A stretch of DNA of 64,000 nucleotides, from NCBI RefSeq assembly GCF_009914755.1, contig NC_060943.1; one strand, 5' to 3'. Below are positions 48,813 through 64,000 of the stretch, piece by piece. The stretch's first letter is position 1. Every line of letters starts with the position of its first letter. Source of the stretch: the human T2T-CHM13v2.0 reference genome, Homo sapiens. A program made the translations under genes and the position numbers. Below the pieces are notes generated by a model. That model did no database searches and was not told the DNA's origin. It worked only from the letters and a program-made list of their open reading frames with translations.

Positions 48813-49706
48813 GCTGTCCCCACAGCGGCGCCGGCCACGCGCTGTCCAGACCGCTCTCTTATCCCTGCGCACGCGCACGCGCGGGGTTGGGGCGGGGCCC
48901 AAGCCCCTGAGTTCTGCGGCGCCCGCGGCTACGCGTACCGTAAATGTCAGAATAGCAGGGAAAAGAGAATTAGAGGCCCGTCCCCACTTTCCCCAGTGAC
49001 CAGATCAGTTGAAAGGTATGGAGCCCGCTTGAAGTTAGAAACTTCTGGGGATGGGAAGGAATTTGTTGGTGTTCATTTGCATTATTTCCCGTTCCAAATG
49101 AGGACTGCTGCAAATGTTACTGCCTCGTGATCTTCTTTAATATGGCAGCCACGCCCCTCAGGCACTCCGCATTTCCTCCCTCATCCCACTGCTTTTGTGG
49201 CGCCGACAGGTAATTTATTTTATTTACTTATTCTGGTTTGTTGTCCGAGTCCCCATAGAATGCTAGCTACTGGAGGGCAGGGATCTTCTGTTGCTCACTG
49301 CTTTATTCTCAGGATCTGACACATAGTGCTTGACTCATAGTAGGCTCTTAGTAAACATTTGGTGAGTAAATGAATAAATGAAACGTCCATTCTCGGAGTC
49401 GGGTTGCTTGGGGGGGAAAAAGGAAAGGAAATCAATTAATTAATTAAATTTAATAATAAAGGCCGGGCGCGGTGGGTCACGTGTGTGATCCCAGCATTTT
49501 GGGAAGCAGAGGCGGGCAGATCGCTTGAGCCCAGGAGTTCGAGATCAGCCTGGGCAACACAGCAAGTCCCCGCCCGCCTCAAGAAAAAAGAAAATTAGCT
49601 GGGCATGGTGGCTCTAATTTGTAGTCCCAGCTACTCAGGAGGCTGAGGTGGGAGAATCACTTGGGGCTGCACTCCAGCGTGGGTGACAGTGAGACCCCAT
49701 TTGTTA

Positions 49707-50030
<324 letters not shown>

Positions 50031-50364
50031 TCAGATGCCGTCAGCGGCATGCCTTGCCTAGGGTCTTGCCCTCCTTGTGGCCTCTGCACACCCTGCCTAG
50101 TCTTTCCTTCCCTCCTGACCTTTCTGAATCTGATTCATCCTTTTGCCCCAAGCAGAATCCCACCTTCTCCAGGAAGGTGTTAGCCTTTGTAGGACCCACT
50201 CTGGGACACTGGTACCTGCTGCCTGTAGCCGTGGCCTTTCCCCTTCCAGAGGGCAGGGCGGTCTCAGCACCCTCTTGGTCCACAGCTGATCTTTTTTAGC
50301 TGCTGAAGGGTCTGGGGCTGTGCCCTGGGGAAGCCATGACACTCCCCTGCGTAGGGTCACTGGG

Positions 50365-50613
50365 TGGCTCCTGCAGCCAGACTTGGACACCCTCCCTTTG
50401 CAGATTTCTGTCTCCTCCCCAGGAACCAGCTGCCTTCCTTCTGGGGCGAATTCATTCTTATCCCACAGCCCCAGCATAATGGGATCTGGCTCAGGGAGGC
50501 CTTTCCTGATCTGCCCTAGGTTTGCCTTCCCTGTGAGCAGCCCTTACTGTCCTCTGCCTTCCCCGTTGAGCTGCAGGGTGACCATGGTCAAGCAGGAGCC
50601 TCAGTGGGAAGGT
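50365..50613. repeat. Local dispersed duplication, donor copy
   Basis: Aligns at roughly 90% by eye with 51532-51757. Confidence 0.9.
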
Positions 50614-50805
50614 GCTGAGGAAGGTTCATGTGAGAAGTGGCTGTGGGAGCCCTCAAGAGATGGAAGTTAGGCCAGGCGCGGTGGCTCACGCCTGTAATCC
50701 CAACACTTCAGGAGGCAGAGGTGGGCGGATCACTTGAGGTCAGGAGTTTGAGACCAGCCTGGCCAACATGGCGAAACCCCGTCTCTACTAAAAATACAAA
50801 AATTA

Positions 50806-50949
<144 letters not shown>

Positions 50950-51232
50950 TCAAAAAAAAAAAAGAAGTGAGAAGTCTGTGGCTGGCCTACTGAGTGTCCG
51001 CACATACACCCCTTACCCCACCTGACTGGTCTTCACAATCAATGCTCCCCAACAGCCAGCGGTCCTGGGAGTCCAACCTCCCAGAAGGATCACCCACTCC
51101 CACCACTCTCAAGGTCAGAGCCTGGCCTTTGGGGGAAAGGGCAGTGCTGTCTCCAGGGCCTCTGCACCCAGGGACAGTGTCTGTCCCACCCCTGGAGTGC
51201 CAACAGAGTTGGGAGACTCAGCACTGACTTCA

Positions 51233-51757
<525 letters not shown>

Positions 51758-51760
51758 CTA

Positions 51761-51940
<180 letters not shown>

Positions 51941-52026
51941 CTACGTATTTGTCATAAATTAGGTCACATTCTCCCTGGAGGAAATCCAAGGAGGCAAAGT
52001 AGTCGGGTGGCCGTGAGGGTGCAGTG

Positions 52027-61859
<9,833 letters not shown>

Positions 61860-61877
<18 letters not shown>

Positions 61878-62049
61878 CTTCCGTCCGCGATACTGAAGGG
61901 CGCAGCCGGTGACGTCTCCACCGCTGGGGCTGCTGGGAAAAACGCGGCGTGGTATCGCGAGACGGGAGTGGGCGGTGCTAGAACGTCCTATAAAGGCTCT
62001 CCCCGAAGCACGTGACTCCTCTCCGCCAGACCGCCGCCGCGCCGCCATC
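61860..62049. promoter_or_regulatory. Bidirectional CpG-island promoter of NDUFA7/RPS28: YY1 (cgccatctt over the NDUFA7 ATG), ETS (cttccg), CRE-like (tgacgtc ~61910), TATCGCGAGA (61953-61962), GC box, TATAAA (61989-61994), E-box CACGTG (62009-62014), TOP/TCT tract ctcctctcc (62016-62024)
   Basis: Divergent ATGs only 173 bp apart; motifs read directly from the sequence. Confidence 0.88.
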
Positions 62050-62594
<545 letters not shown>

Positions 62595-62790
62595 GCTTGG
62601 CTGCTCGCTGGTGGGTGCAAAGAGGACACCCCTTTGATAGACCTTTGGTTGGTGGTAGGGAGGCTTCGTTAAGCCCAGGGTGAGAGGGTTTGGGAGGCAG
62701 AGTCTACATACAGAGACTGACAAGAGGGAGGCGGGAGTTTGCCAATTGCTGCGGGGCCTGTCAACATCTCATGTTTGGGTCTGTTTACAG

Positions 62791-62915
62791 GGTCTTGGAT
62801 GTCGGGTTCGACCACTTGGCCGATGGGAATGGTCTGTCACAATCTGCTCCTTTTTTTTGTCCGCCACACGTAACTGAGATGCTCCTTTAAATAAAGCGTT
62901 TGTGTTTCAAGTTAA
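62791..62915 (+). other. RPS28: RPS28 non-coding exon 4 (3'UTR) with proximal AATAAA at 62890-62895; intron 62611-62790
   Basis: ctg|gtgggt donor 16 nt after the stop; tttacag| acceptor; AATAAA followed by a GT/T-rich downstream element. Confidence 0.85.
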
Positions 62916-63349
62916 CTCAGGTTCTTGTCTGGGTTATACGACTAGGGTTTCTCCAGGTTTCTTGAGTGGCTCCCAGGCGGTCACCGATCCTCCGCACTCT
63001 GGAAATCCTGGCCGTGCGGTCTTGCCAAACGAAGCTTTTCCTTTTTGAGGCGGGGGGTCGTGTTTGTCGATTGCACCCTCTACCCCAAACAAAACACAAG
63101 CGTAGTAGGAATGTTTTATTAGCAAAGAAGTTTCAGAGAGTGGGTGGATCAGGGCTCTATCACTTGGTCCCCACCTCACCTTGGTGGGGCCAGAGTGAGC
63201 CCCTTCCTGCCACAGTCACCCCAACTGAAATTGCCTTTCTCTTCGGCCAGTGTTAGCAGGGGACCCTGGACCCTTCTGTGCGCCAAAGGCTGAGGTGACT
63301 GACGAGGAGATCTCCCCACAGCTAGGTGTAGTGAGCCAGACGAGGCAGC

Positions 63350-63925
<576 letters not shown>

Positions 63926-64000
63926 GTGCCAGGCGCGATGGCTCACAGCTGTTGTAATCCCAGCTACTTGGGAGGCTGAGGCAGGAGAATTTCTTGAACC

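Overview
Human (or very closely related great-ape) genomic DNA that I recognise as the 19p13.2 CERS4-CD320-NDUFA7-RPS28-KANK3 cluster; the assignment rests on spliced translations I assembled by hand. The window contains: all 10 coding exons of CERS4 (+, 394 aa); complete CD320 (-, 282 aa), NDUFA7 (-, 113 aa) and RPS28 (+, 69 aa), with the last two sharing a ~170-bp head-to-head CpG-island promoter; and the last coding exon of KANK3 (-), converging on RPS28. The rest is extremely Alu-dense, with three solo LTRs that keep their target-site duplications (LTR13, LTR12C, HERV-K LTR5), MLT1/MER41/MER34-like LTR fragments, L1/L2/MIR relics, MER1 and MER47 DNA-transposon relics and a 1-kb (GGAT)n repeat. 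Almost all ORFs in the supplied track are Alu or simple-repeat artefacts. I found no new protein-coding system. The best second-look items are: a ~32-bp hairpin-forming repeat family in three CERS4 introns; stop-less back-splice frames for CERS4; a MER47-derived distal poly(A) signal that would make RPS28 overlap KANK3 antisense; two local templated duplications at Alu junctions; and a CERS4-CD320 interval that looks shorter than I recall for GRCh38.
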